Origin: an uncultured Alphaproteobacteria bacterium
GTDB taxonomy: Bacteria; Pseudomonadota; Alphaproteobacteria; Geminicoccales; Geminicoccaceae
DNA length: 64,000 nt
Assembly: GCA_942491185.1 (NCBI GenBank)
Contig: CALOAB010000004.1
Location: forward strand, 327,190-391,189
Direction of reading: 5' to 3'
Shown: positions 18,711 to 27,709 of the stretch, in pieces
Numbering within the stretch: the first letter of the stretch is position 1
Layout of the letters: every line of letters begins with the position of its first letter
Made by a program: the position numbers and the translations under genes
The notes under the pieces: generated by a model
The model's database searches: none
What the model saw: only the letters and a program-made list of their open reading frames with translations
What the model was told of the DNA's origin: nothing

Positions 18711-19877
18711 TCAGCCGGCGGGCAGCGTGGTCGGCGTCACCGTGACCGAGACCGGCCGGTGGTCGCTGGTCGTGATGCCGCGCGGCAAGAGGCTCGCGAC
18801 CCGCTCGTGGATGTCGTGCTCGACCCGGCCGGCGCCGGGCAGCACCCGCAACGGCACGGCACCGCTGCCGCTCATCCGCTGGGTGAAGAGGATGTGGTCG
18901 AGCAGGATGTGCGGATTGCGCCTCGGGTCGACGGCGTCCTTGAAGAAGACGCTCCAGCGCAGCCGATCCTCGGTGTCGAAGAGCGCATGGTTGAGGAACC
19001 GGCGGGCAAAGAACACGTCGCCCTGCAGATTGCCGATCAGATCATGCAGCATGAACCAGGTCTCGATCAGCTCCTTGCCCGGCCCGTCATTGACGTCACC
19101 GACAACGAAAATCGCCGGCGACGCCTCCTGGACGAAGCGCCGCTCGATGTAGTTGCGGACGTCGAAGACCTCGGTTGTGAGCTTGGCCCGCGCCCGTACG
19201 GCCTCGACCATGAAGCCCGTGCTCGCCTCGATCGATGCGCGGATGTCGGCGGGACTGCCGCTCGCCGGCTTCTGCCAGCGCTTGTTCGGGTCACGCTGGT
19301 TGACGAACTTGCTCTTCAGATGAACGCCGATGATCTCGACCCGCGTGCCCTGCCAGTCGAAGCAGGCCACCTGCGGGTGCCGAAAATGACCGTGCGACTT
19401 GAGCGTGTGCGGCAGCGGCGCGCCGGTCGCCTTGTCGAGCGCCGGCATCGACACCTGCCACTTGCCCTTGTCCGTCAGGCCGCCGGACTGATCACGGGTG
19501 AAGGCCTGCCAGGTCGGGATCGGCAGCAGCGAGACCGCGGCCGGAAAGCCCTTCTTGACCAGGAACCAGAGCCATTGCCGGCCCTTGATGGCATAGGCCT
19601 TGCCGGTCGGATCGCCGTGCCGGACGAGATCGTAGCCCGGCGCCGCCAGGGCGAAATAGCGAAGGGCCCGCTCCTCACCGGGCGGGCCCTCGCAAACGAA
19701 CAAGATGTCCGGATCGACCTCGGCGATCTCGACCGCGATCGCCTCCACCTTTGCCCTGGCCAGCGCCTGCATCTCGGCAATGCTCTGGCCACGCTTCGGC
19801 CGCGCTGTCCCCTCGAGCTGGGCCAGGGTGGCTGCGGCATGCTCGACATTCCACGTGGTCAGCTTGAACGGCGGCAT
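18711..19877 (-). CDS. endonuclease/exonuclease/phosphatase (EEP) family protein
   Basis: About 388 aa from ATG 19877. FKLTTWNVEH at the N-terminus and SDHRPVSVTV at the C-terminus are the EEP first and last motifs. Confidence 0.75.
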   Translation of the reverse strand: MPPFKLTTWNVEHAAATLAQLEGTARPKRGQSIAEMQALARAKVEAIAVEIAEVDPDILFVCEGPPGEERALRYFALAAPGYDLVRHGDPTGKAYAIKGRQWLWFLVKKGFPAAVSLLPIPTWQAFTRDQSGGLTDKGKWQVSMPALDKATGAPLPHTLKSHGHFRHPQVACFDWQGTRVEIIGVHLKSKFVNQRDPNKRWQKPASGSPADIRASIEASTGFMVEAVRARAKLTTEVFDVRNYIERRFVQEASPAIFVVGDVNDGPGKELIETWFMLHDLIGNLQGDVFFARRFLNHALFDTEDRLRWSVFFKDAVDPRRNPHILLDHILFTQRMSGSGAVPLRVLPGAGRVEHDIHERVASLLPRGITTSDHRPVSVTVTPTTLPAG

Positions 19878-19937
19878 CAGGGCTCTCCTCGACCCGGCGG
19901 GTCCGAGCCCTCGAGCCCGCACCCGCCGCCGAAGCGC

Positions 19938-20768
19938 CTAGAACTTGTAGTTCACCGTGAAGGCTGCGAGGAACTGGTTCTCGTTGCCCTCGTCATTGAC
20001 GATCGGGCTGTCCTCGGCGTCGCCCAGCATGCGCTTGTACTGTGCAGCCAGCGTCGTCGACCAACTATCGGTGAAGCTGTAGGTCGTGGTCACACCGAAG
20101 CCGAAATCCTTGAAGCCGGCATCGGCATCATAGGTGTCGAGACCGCTGCGCTGTGAGGCGCGCCCACCGATGCCGAAATACTCCTGCATGTAGTCGTCGC
20201 TCGCCCAAGTCGCGAAGACTTCCGAGCCGAGCGAGAACTTGCTCTCCGGCAAGGCGTTGAAGTAGCTCAGCCGCGGCGAGACCAGGTAGCCGTTGCCGTT
20301 CGCAACGTCGCCGCCGGCATCGATCGACGGGGTCAAGGAGAGCGTCGGCTGGGGAAACAGATCCCAACCCACCGTGCCGCCCACCATCACCGACAGATCG
20401 GTGTTGTCGAGATCGTCGACGCGGTTGTTGTCGACGTCGTCACGCTCGGGCACGTACTGGCCCCAAAGTCCGGCACGCATTTGCGGGTGCGGCACGAAGT
20501 TGGAGCGCAGCACCGGGCCGGTGATCCGAACGAAGGTGTTCGGATCGTAGAGATCGGTCGCGCTGAAGAGCCAGTTCGGCGCCGCCGTGTAGTCATCCGA
20601 GCCCTCGTAGTCCGGCACCAGTGCGGCACCGAGCCCGACCGTGTAGTCGGCCGCCTGAGCCGGCTGCGCCGCGACGGCGAGAACAGCCGCAACGACGAGG
20701 CTGGAAACGAGCGCTCCGCCGAGCCGCGCGCTCCGGCCGGCTGAAGAGGCTAACGAATGTGCAGTCAT
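19938..20768 (-). CDS. MipA/OmpV family outer-membrane protein
   Basis: About 276 aa from ATG 20768. Signal peptide ending AQPAQA, YTVGLGAALVPDYEGSDDY, alternating beta-strand pattern, terminal ...FTVNYKF. The 544-aa ORF in the track is an artefactual 5' extension. Confidence 0.8.
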   Translation of the reverse strand: MTAHSLASSAGRSARLGGALVSSLVVAAVLAVAAQPAQAADYTVGLGAALVPDYEGSDDYTAAPNWLFSATDLYDPNTFVRITGPVLRSNFVPHPQMRAGLWGQYVPERDDVDNNRVDDLDNTDLSVMVGGTVGWDLFPQPTLSLTPSIDAGGDVANGNGYLVSPRLSYFNALPESKFSLGSEVFATWASDDYMQEYFGIGGRASQRSGLDTYDADAGFKDFGFGVTTTYSFTDSWSTTLAAQYKRMLGDAEDSPIVNDEGNENQFLAAFTVNYKF

Positions 20769-21047
20769 GACCTGAAGTCTCCTGAAAATGCTGCTGCTTA
20801 GGTAAGCCTTGGCCTCGGTCCAACAAAGCGCGAAGCCTGCTCTCGCGCGCCTTTTGCGCCCGACGTGGCGCTGCCGCATCAGACCCGTGCGGCGCAGCGA
20901 TGCGGCGGCAGCGCCTCGGCCGATCTTGGCGCTTGACCCGCGGCTGGCCGTCCGCTTGCCTGCAATCGGGCAGGGCGTCACGGCGATGATCGCGCGACGC
21001 TCGGCCAATCGGGGGAAAGCCTTGTGAACACGCAATGGCGCGCAACA

Positions 21048-21818
21048 ATGCCCAGGTGGTCGACGCTCGCAGCACTTCTCGCGCTCTGCCTCGTGACGAC
21101 CGAGACCGCCCAGGCCGAGATCGCGACGGTCGAAGGCGTCGTCTCCCTCGCCGAGGACGAAACGCTGCCGGAAGGTGCCGTGCTCGACCTCGAGCTCGTC
21201 GACATCTCCAGAGCCGACGCCGCAGCCGAGCGCCTCGCCTCGATTCGCCTGGCAGCCTCGCTGGAGCAGCCGCAACCGTTCACGTTGCATTACGATGCGG
21301 CGCTGATCGATCCCCGCTACACCTACGCCGTCACCGCCGAAATCCGCCTCTACGGCCGCCTGCTGTTTCGCTCCGACACCGTGCATCCGGTCCTGACACG
21401 CGGCGCCGGCGACACGGTCGAGGTGGCATTGGTCCGCATCGCGGACGGGCAGCCGACCAGAACCTTCGCCATGCTCGTCGGCCCGGTCTGGGTCGCCGAG
21501 GACATCGACAACCGAGGCGTCATCGACATGCTCCAATCGACCGTCGCCTTCACCCCCGGCGGGCGCATTCAAGGCTCCGGCGGCTGCAACAGCTTCACCG
21601 GCGCCTACACCCAGGACGGCAACAGCCTGAGCATCGGCACCGAGAGCGGCCAGCTCGCCACCACGCTCAAGGCCTGCCCGCCCGCCATCATGGACCAGGA
21701 ATCACGCTTTATGGACGCACTCGGCCGGGTCAGCGCCTATCGCATCGAGCAGGGCCTGCTCCACCTCCTCGACGCCGAAGGCACGCCGATCCTCCGCTTC
21801 TGGCAGCGCGGCGGATGA
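21048..21818 (+). CDS. YbaY-like lipoprotein domain + META (HslJ-like) domain protein
   Basis: Signal/lipobox LLALC. YbaY-like part (LELVDISRADAAAERLAS...YAVTAEI) and META part (GSGGCNSFTGAYTQDGNSLSIG...LATTLKACPPAIMDQESRFMDAL). Alternative GTG start at 21024. Confidence 0.75.
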   Translation: MPRWSTLAALLALCLVTTETAQAEIATVEGVVSLAEDETLPEGAVLDLELVDISRADAAAERLASIRLAASLEQPQPFTLHYDAALIDPRYTYAVTAEIRLYGRLLFRSDTVHPVLTRGAGDTVEVALVRIADGQPTRTFAMLVGPVWVAEDIDNRGVIDMLQSTVAFTPGGRIQGSGGCNSFTGAYTQDGNSLSIGTESGQLATTLKACPPAIMDQESRFMDALGRVSAYRIEQGLLHLLDAEGTPILRFWQRGG

Positions 21819-22336
21819 CAGCCACCGCAGGCGTCATCGACGACCGCTCGAGCCACAGCTACCAGGCCACGACCGGCACCAGCTGGGCCCTCCTCACCGA
21901 CACGGTCATGGGCGGCGTCTCGCGCGGCCGGCTGGAAGCAAAGACCGTCGAAGGCCGCCCGGCGCTCCGGATGACCGGCCGCGTCCGCCTCGACAACGAT
22001 GGCGGCTTCATCCAGATGGCCCTCGACCTCAGCCCCGACGGCAAGCCGATCGACGCCAGCGCCTGGACCGGCCTCGAGCTCGACCTCTACGGCAACGGCG
22101 AAACCTACGGCCTGCACCTGCGCACCACCGCCGTCACCCGCCCCTGGCAATCCTACCGCCAAACCTTCATCGCACCGCCGACCTGGACCACGCTCCAACT
22201 ACCCTTCACCGACATCACCCCCCACCGCCTCGAAACCCCCTTCGACCCCACCAAGCTCCGCCGCCTCGGCCTCGTCGCCATCGGCCGCGCGTTCAACGCC
22301 GACCTGGCACTGGGCGGACTGCGTTTTTATCGGTGA
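21815..22336 (+). CDS. CIA30 (complex I intermediate-associated protein 30) family protein
   Basis: 173 aa. WALLTDTVMGGVS...NDGGFIQMALDL...GLELDLYGNGETYGLHLRT...W..LQLPF. ATGA overlap with the upstream gene. Confidence 0.75.
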   Translation: MTATAGVIDDRSSHSYQATTGTSWALLTDTVMGGVSRGRLEAKTVEGRPALRMTGRVRLDNDGGFIQMALDLSPDGKPIDASAWTGLELDLYGNGETYGLHLRTTAVTRPWQSYRQTFIAPPTWTTLQLPFTDITPHRLETPFDPTKLRRLGLVAIGRAFNADLALGGLRFYR

Positions 22337-22361
22337 GTGCAGACGAAGAAGAGAAGAATTT

Positions 22362-22380
22362 GGGGAGGCAACGCCTCCCC
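22362..22380 (+). terminator. possible hairpin terminator after the CIA30 gene
   Basis: GGGGAGGC-aac-GCCTCCCC stem-loop 26 nt after the stop codon. No clear T-tract follows. Confidence 0.35.
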
Positions 22381-22861
22381 GAGCCCCACCATTACTTTGG
22401 GTTGGTGGCCGGGGCGTTGGTCGCTTCTTTGCGCCATCCGCGCTGCTAGGGTTCAGCCGTAGCGTGAGGAGGTTGCCGTTGGAGACGCTCAGGGCGTTCC
22501 TCAGCGATCCGGACAACCAACGAACACTCGCCGGGCTCGCCGGCGGCCTCTGGGCCCCATCCAGTTCTTCTTGGTTGGTGGACAGGCGCCGTGTCGTCGC
22601 CGAGACGCGGCACGAGACGGGCTGGTGCCGCTCAACCAGCGCTCGCACGCCGATGGCAGCATCGAGGCGCCGCCCCCGCCGTCGCCACGGCGCCGCCGAA
22701 GCCTCCTGGTGCCCCCGTCGCCCCAGCCAGCACTGCCGCGTCCGGGCCCCGAACGCTCGCCTCGACTCGACCAGCGATGCCGGCGCTTCCCGAACGCTTC
22801 GCCGAAGTTGCTGCGGCGATGCCGGCGACCGCGGAAAGGGCCGACGAGATCGTCGGTGTAG

Positions 22862-24183
22862 TCGCGCGACGCGCGCGCGACTCGCGTCGCAATCTCGCGC
22901 CGACGCCGCCGCGCGCTCGAACGCCTCTCGTCCGCGACCGCCACCCTCGCCGAGGCCGCCGATCTCACCGCCTTCGACCCCGAGACGAGCTGGCGCCACC
23001 GCCTGACCCAGGGCAACGTCCTGCAGGACCTCGGCGTCGAGTTCGGCGACAACGCCGCCCTCGCCGAGGCCATCGCCACCTACGAGACCGCCCTCGGCCT
23101 CGCGCCGCGCGATACGAGCCCCGCCGACTGGGGCTCGCGACCCAGAACAATCTCGGCGCTGAGCTTGCGACCCTCGGCGAGCGGGCGGGCGACACCGACA
23201 CCCTCGAGCGCGCCGTCCAGGCCTACGAGGCCGCGCTGCTGGAACGCACCCGCGAGCGCGTCCCGCTGGACTGGGCCATGACCCAGAACAATCTCGGCAA
23301 TGCGCTTGCGACCCTCGGCGAGCGGGAGAGCGGCACCGCCACCCTCGAGCGCGCCGTCGAGGCCTACGAGGCGGCGCTGCTGGAACGCACCCGCGAGCGC
23401 GTCCCGCTGGACTGGGCCATGACCCAGAACAATCTCGGCACTGCGCTCACGACCCTCGGCGAGCGGGAGAGCGGCACGGCCACCCTCGAGCGCGCCGTCC
23501 AGGCCTACGAGGCGGCGCTGCTGGAACGCACCCGCGAGCGCGTCCCGCTGGACTGGGCCCAGACCCAGAACAATCTCGGCGCTGCCCTTGCAGCCCTCGG
23601 CGAGCGGGAGAGCGGCACCGCCACCCTCGAGCGCGCCGTCGAGGCCTTCGAGGCGGCGCTCTTGGAACGCACCCGCGAGCGCGTCCCGCTGGACTGGGCC
23701 GCGACCCAGAACAATCTCGGCGAGGCGCTTCGGACCCTCGGCGAGCGGGAGAGCGGCACCGCCACCCTCGAGCGCGCCGTTCAGGCCCACGAGGCGGCGC
23801 TTCTGGAACGCACCCGCGAGCGCCTCCCGCTGGATTGGGCCGCGACCCAGAACAATCTCGGCAATGCGCTCTGAGACCCTCGGCGGCGAGCGCGAAAGCG
23901 GCACCGGACGCTCGAGCGCGCCGTCGAGGCCTACGAGCCGGCCCTGCAGGAACGCACCCGCGAGCGCGTGCCATATGCTTGGGCGCTGACGCAGGAGAAC
24001 CTCGCGATCGCGCGGCTGGAGATCGGTCGGCGACGCGCTGACGCAGATGCGCTTCGGGCGGCGCTGGTGGCGGTGGACGGTGCGCTGGAGGAGTATCGGG
24101 CGGGCAAATCCGAGTACGACATCGGCACGGCCGAGCGCCTGCGGGCTCGCATCGTGGCGGCGCTCGACGAGCACGACGGCTGA
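22862..24183 (+). pseudogene. degenerate TPR-repeat protein gene (frameshifted, with an internal stop)
   Basis: The repeat frame changes at about 23132: ...PRDTSPADWG in frame 2 continues as TQNNLGAEL in frame 1, with 2 extra nt. An in-frame TGA sits at 23872-23874 with a local compensated shift. The C-terminal part (PYAWALTQENLAIARLE...DEHDG) ends at 24183. No start codon or N-terminal domain can be reconstructed. Confidence 0.6.
23140..23988 (+). repeat. six tandem 141-bp (47-codon) coding repeats
   Basis: ACCCAGAACAATCTCGG recurs at 23140, 23281, 23422, 23563, 23704 and 23845. Unit peptide: TQNNLGNALATLGERESGTATLERAVEAYEAALLERTRERVPLDWA(M/A/Q). Diverged copies flank the array at about 23006 and 23989. 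Confidence 0.9.
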
Positions 24184-24238
24184 GGAACGCCCTCCCCGCC
24201 TCCCGCCAACCACCACCACCAAAATCCCGAGGGGGCAC

Positions 24239-24257
24239 GGGGGAAATCATTTCCCCC
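24239..24257. terminator. possible bidirectional hairpin between the convergent TPR remnant and moaA
   Basis: GGGGGAA-atcat-TTCCCCC, with T-rich sequence on the plus side and GATTTT on the minus side. Confidence 0.4.
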
Positions 24258-24305
24258 GCTCTTCTCTCGCCTTCCGTCCCCACGTCGGCCGTTGCTTAAG
24301 CCCGT

Positions 24306-25305
24306 TCAGCCGCCGGTGACGCTCATGTGGCGGCCGACTGCGGGTGCCTGGCGGCGGCGGTCGATGATGAAGTCGTGGCCTTTGGGCTTGCGGTCGATGC
24401 CCTTGCGGATGGCGTCGAGCAGGGGGCCGTTGTCCTCCGAGGCGCGGAGCGGGGCGCGGAGGTCGATGGCGTCCTCCTGGCCGAGGCACATGTACATGGT
24501 GCCGGTGCAGGTGACGCGGACGCGGTTGCAGGATTCGCAGAAATTGTGGGTCATCGGCGTGATGAAGCCGAGCCGGCCGCCGGTTTCCTCGATCCGGACA
24601 TAGCGCGCCGGCCCGCCGGTCGAATCCGGCAGGTCGGTGAGCTGCCAGCGCTTGCTCGAGCCGGGCGCGGACCAGCGACAGCGGCAGGTATTGGTCGGTG
24701 CGGTCCTCGTCGATCTCGCCCAAGGGCATGGTCTCGATCAGGGTCAGATCGAAGCCCTCGGCACCGCACCAGGCGATCATCTGGTCGTATTCGTCCTCGT
24801 TGACGCCCTTCAGGGCCACGGCGTTGATCTTGACGTGCAGCCCCGCCGCCTTGGCCGCGGCAATGCCGGCCATCACCTTGTCGTACTTGCCCCACCGCGT
24901 GATCGCCTCGAAGCGGCCCGGCTGCAGGGTGTCGAGCGAGACGTTGATGCGGCGGACGCCGGCTGCGTGGAGGCCTTCGGCGAAGCGCTCGAGCTGGCTG
25001 CCATTGGTGGTGATCGTCAGCTCGCCCAGGGTGCCGGGCGCATCGCCGATCCGCTGGCCGAGTGCCTTGATGAGCGACATCACGTCCCGCCGGACCAGAG
25101 GCTCGCCGCCGGTGAGGCGGATCTTGCGCACGCCGGTCGCGATGAAGGCGTCCGAGAGCCGCTCGAGCTCTTCCAGGGTGAGCAGGTCCTTCTTCGGCAG
25201 AAAGACCATGTTCTCCGCCATGCAGTAGACGCAGCGGAAGTCGCAGCGGTCGGTGACCGAGATGCGGACATACGAGATGTGGCGGCCGAAGCCGTCGACG
25301 AGCAT
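24306..25305 (-). pseudogene. moaA: GTP 3',8-cyclase MoaA, interrupted by a 1-nt frameshift
   Basis: The N-terminal radical-SAM part ([15 protein letters not shown]...) runs from ATG 25305 in one frame. The C-terminal part ([58 protein letters not shown]) is in another frame and ends at 24306. The frames join at about 24651. Confidence 0.85.
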
Positions 25306-25519
25306 GCGTGCCTCCCAGGGCGAAGCGGTAGCGGAGCCCAACGTCCAAAGCGCGAAGCGATCCGGCCGCGATCGACCGGCGGCTGGGCCAATTCACGACT
25401 TTCGAACGATCCTTAAACCTAATAGCTTCCCCTGGCATTGTGAATGGCCGACGATCGACGCGCTGCCGATCGTCCGGCAGACCACGGCAGAAAGCTTGCC
25501 TCATGTACGCTCATATCCG

Positions 25520-26278
25520 ATGAAGCTGGCCTTTCTCGCCGCCAACACCGACGAAGCGGCCGAGGCGCGCAACGGCTTCGCCGAGCGCTACCCGTCGGTC
25601 GACCCGCTGGACGCGGACGTCATCGTCGCCCTCGGTGGCGACGGCTTCATGCTCGAGATGCTGCACCGCTTCCTCGACCACGAGATCCCGATCTACGGCA
25701 TGAATCTCGGCACGGTGGGGTTTCTGCTCAACGCCTACGACCCGGACGAGCTGCCGGCGCGCATTGCCCAGGCGCAGACTGTCGAGCTGTTCGCGCTGCG
25801 CATGCGGGCCGAGACGGCCGACGGCGGCTGTGTCGAAGGCATCGCCATCAACGAGGTCTCGGTCTTCCGCGAGACCCGGCAGGCGGCCCAGCTCAGCATC
25901 GACATCGACGGCGTCAACCGACTGCCGGAGCTGGTCTGCGACGGTGTCATGGTGGCGACGCCGGCCGGCTCCACCGCCTACAATCTATCGGCGCACGGCC
26001 CCATCATTCCGCTCGGCTCGAACATCCTGGCGCTGACCCCGATCAGCGCGTTCAGGCCGCGCCGCTGGCGCGGTGCGCTGCTCGGCGGCGACACCCATTT
26101 CCGCATCCGGGTGATGAATCCGATCAAGCGACCGGTGAGCGCTGTTGCCGATTTCACCGAGGTGCGCGACATCCTCTCGGTCGAGATCTGGGAGGACAAG
26201 GACAAGCGCTTCCAGCTGCTGTTCGACCCCGAGCACAATCTCGAGGAGCGGATCTTGAAGGAGCAATTCACACCGTGA
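25520..26278 (+). CDS. nadK: NAD kinase
   Basis: About 252 aa from ATG 25520. [27 protein letters not shown] and [17 protein letters not shown] are present. Confidence 0.9.
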   Translation: MKLAFLAANTDEAAEARNGFAERYPSVDPLDADVIVALGGDGFMLEMLHRFLDHEIPIYGMNLGTVGFLLNAYDPDELPARIAQAQTVELFALRMRAETADGGCVEGIAINEVSVFRETRQAAQLSIDIDGVNRLPELVCDGVMVATPAGSTAYNLSAHGPIIPLGSNILALTPISAFRPRRWRGALLGGDTHFRIRVMNPIKRPVSAVADFTEVRDILSVEIWEDKDKRFQLLFDPEHNLEERILKEQFTP

Positions 26279-26763
26279 CCACCAAGACCTCGCGCCGTCG
26301 CCTGCTCGCCGCCGCCATGGCCCTGGCTCTGCTGCCGACCATGGCCCTGGCCCAGTCAACAGGCGATCCACAGCCGCAGCTGCCGACCGAGCCGCTCACC
26401 ATCGAGACGGCCGACGGCCCGCTCACCTTCGAGGTGGAGATGGCGACGACGCCCATGCAGCAGTCGCGCGGGCTGATGTTCAGGGACGAGGTGCCGCCGC
26501 TGACCGGCATGCTGTTCGTGCACTCCCCGCCCCGGCCGATCTCGATGTGGATGCGCAACACGCCGACCTCGCTCGACATGGTCTTCATCAACGACGAGGG
26601 CGTCATCACCGGCATCGCCGAGCGGACGACGCCCTTCTCCGAAGCGGTGATCAGCTCACCCGGGCCGATGGCCGGCGTCCTGGAGATCCTGGGCGGCGAG
26701 GCGGAGCGCCTCGGCATCGCGCCGGGCAACACGGTCGACCACCCGTTCTTCGGCGCTGACTAA
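26275..26763 (+). CDS. DUF192 domain-containing protein
   Basis: GTG start overlapping the nadK stop (GTGA). Twin-arginine-like signal ([11 protein letters not shown]). [20 protein letters not shown]...[15 protein letters not shown]...VLEILGG. Confidence 0.8.
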   Translation: MTTKTSRRRLLAAAMALALLPTMALAQSTGDPQPQLPTEPLTIETADGPLTFEVEMATTPMQQSRGLMFRDEVPPLTGMLFVHSPPRPISMWMRNTPTSLDMVFINDEGVITGIAERTTPFSEAVISSPGPMAGVLEILGGEAERLGIAPGNTVDHPFFGAD

Positions 26764-26780
26764 GTAGGGCCTTCGACGGC

Positions 26781-27635
26781 TCATGACCGACTGAGCTGCA
26801 GGATCGCCACACCGATCACCACGAGGCCGGCGGCGAGCAGCCGGCGCCGGCCGAAGGGCTCGCCCAGGATCAGCGTGCCGATCCCTGCGGCCAGCAGCAC
26901 GCTGGTCTCGCGCAAGGCCGAGACATAGGCCATGGGTGCCGTGCTCATCGCCCAGATGACGAGGCCGTAGGCGACGACCGACATCACGCCGCCGCCGACC
27001 GCCGGTTTCCAGGCGGCAGGCAGGGTCGCGCGCAGGTTCCCTGTGCCACGCATCAGCACAACGACGAGCGTGAACGGCCAGCCATCGAGCAGAAAGAGCC
27101 AGACGACATACCCCAGCACATCGCCCGATGCCCGCCCACCCATGCCGTCGGCGACCGTGTAGGCAGCGATCGCCACGCCGCAGCCGAGCGCCAGCAGCAG
27201 CGGCTGCTTGCGCCCGAAGGTGTCCATTGCCGATTGACGTCCAGCGACGATCCAGATGCCGAGGCAGACGAGGATGACGGCGACAATCCCGAGCGGGCTC
27301 AGCACCTCGCCAGCAACGGCGAGTGCGCCAAGGGCGACGAGCGGCGGCGCCACGCCGCGGGCGATCGGGTAGACATGGCTCAGATCGCCCACCCGGTAGC
27401 CGCCGGCGAGCAGGAAGTAATAGGCCATGTGGGCGGCCACCGAGGCCAGCAACCAGGGCCAGGCCTCTACCGCCGGCACCGCCACGAACGGGACCAGCGG
27501 CAACACCACCAGGCTCTGCGTCAGATTGACGATGGCAAGCCGGAGAAACGGGTCGCCACCCGACTTGACCAGCGCGTTCCAGCTCGCATGGAGCACCGCT
27601 GCGAGCAGCACCACCGAGAGCACGAGCGGGCTCAA
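26781..27635 (-). CDS. EamA/DMT family transporter
   Basis: 284 aa, about 10 TM helices, duplicated EamA-type halves. Confidence 0.85.
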   Translation of the reverse strand: MSPLVLSVVLLAAVLHASWNALVKSGGDPFLRLAIVNLTQSLVVLPLVPFVAVPAVEAWPWLLASVAAHMAYYFLLAGGYRVGDLSHVYPIARGVAPPLVALGALAVAGEVLSPLGIVAVILVCLGIWIVAGRQSAMDTFGRKQPLLLALGCGVAIAAYTVADGMGGRASGDVLGYVVWLFLLDGWPFTLVVVLMRGTGNLRATLPAAWKPAVGGGVMSVVAYGLVIWAMSTAPMAYVSALRETSVLLAAGIGTLILGEPFGRRRLLAAGLVVIGVAILQLSRS

Positions 27636-27709
27636 GCAGCGTCATCCATAGGCTCAACCGTACCGTGACAGTTTCGTGGCAGCGCTCTTGCGCGCGCCCC
27701 GGGTTGGCG

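Noticed and set aside
19938-21572. A 544-aa ORF suggesting a large fusion protein.
   Set aside because: Only the C-terminal roughly 276 aa (from ATG 20768, with a signal peptide) is MipA/OmpV-like. The upstream part is low-complexity and overlaps the divergent YbaY/META gene on the other strand.
23140-23988. A regular 141-bp repeat array that could be mistaken for a CRISPR or satellite locus.
   Set aside because: The repeats are contiguous with no spacers, are much longer than CRISPR repeats, and translate in frame into TPR-like units. There are no cas genes.
24247-24650. The C-terminal 130 aa of the 364-aa moaA ORF ([25 protein letters not shown]...).
   Set aside because: This is an out-of-frame read-through after the frameshift. 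The genuine MoaA C-terminus is encoded by the 24306-24554 frame.
25253-25519. An N-terminal extension of the nadK ORF (341 aa in the track). Similar 5' extensions occur for lptF (53021), amn (12157), CIA30 (21035) and DUF192 (25444).
   Set aside because: The family-conserved sequence begins at the internal starts, which have Shine-Dalgarno-like sequences or start/stop overlaps. The extensions are Arg-rich and overlap neighbouring genes or intergenic DNA.
25306-25519. A possible Moco riboswitch in the moaA leader. The region contains hairpins such as CTGCCGATCGTCCGGCAG at 25461-25478.
   Set aside because: I cannot recognise the conserved Moco-motif core by eye. The hairpins are generic GC-rich palindromes, and a covariance-model scan would be needed.
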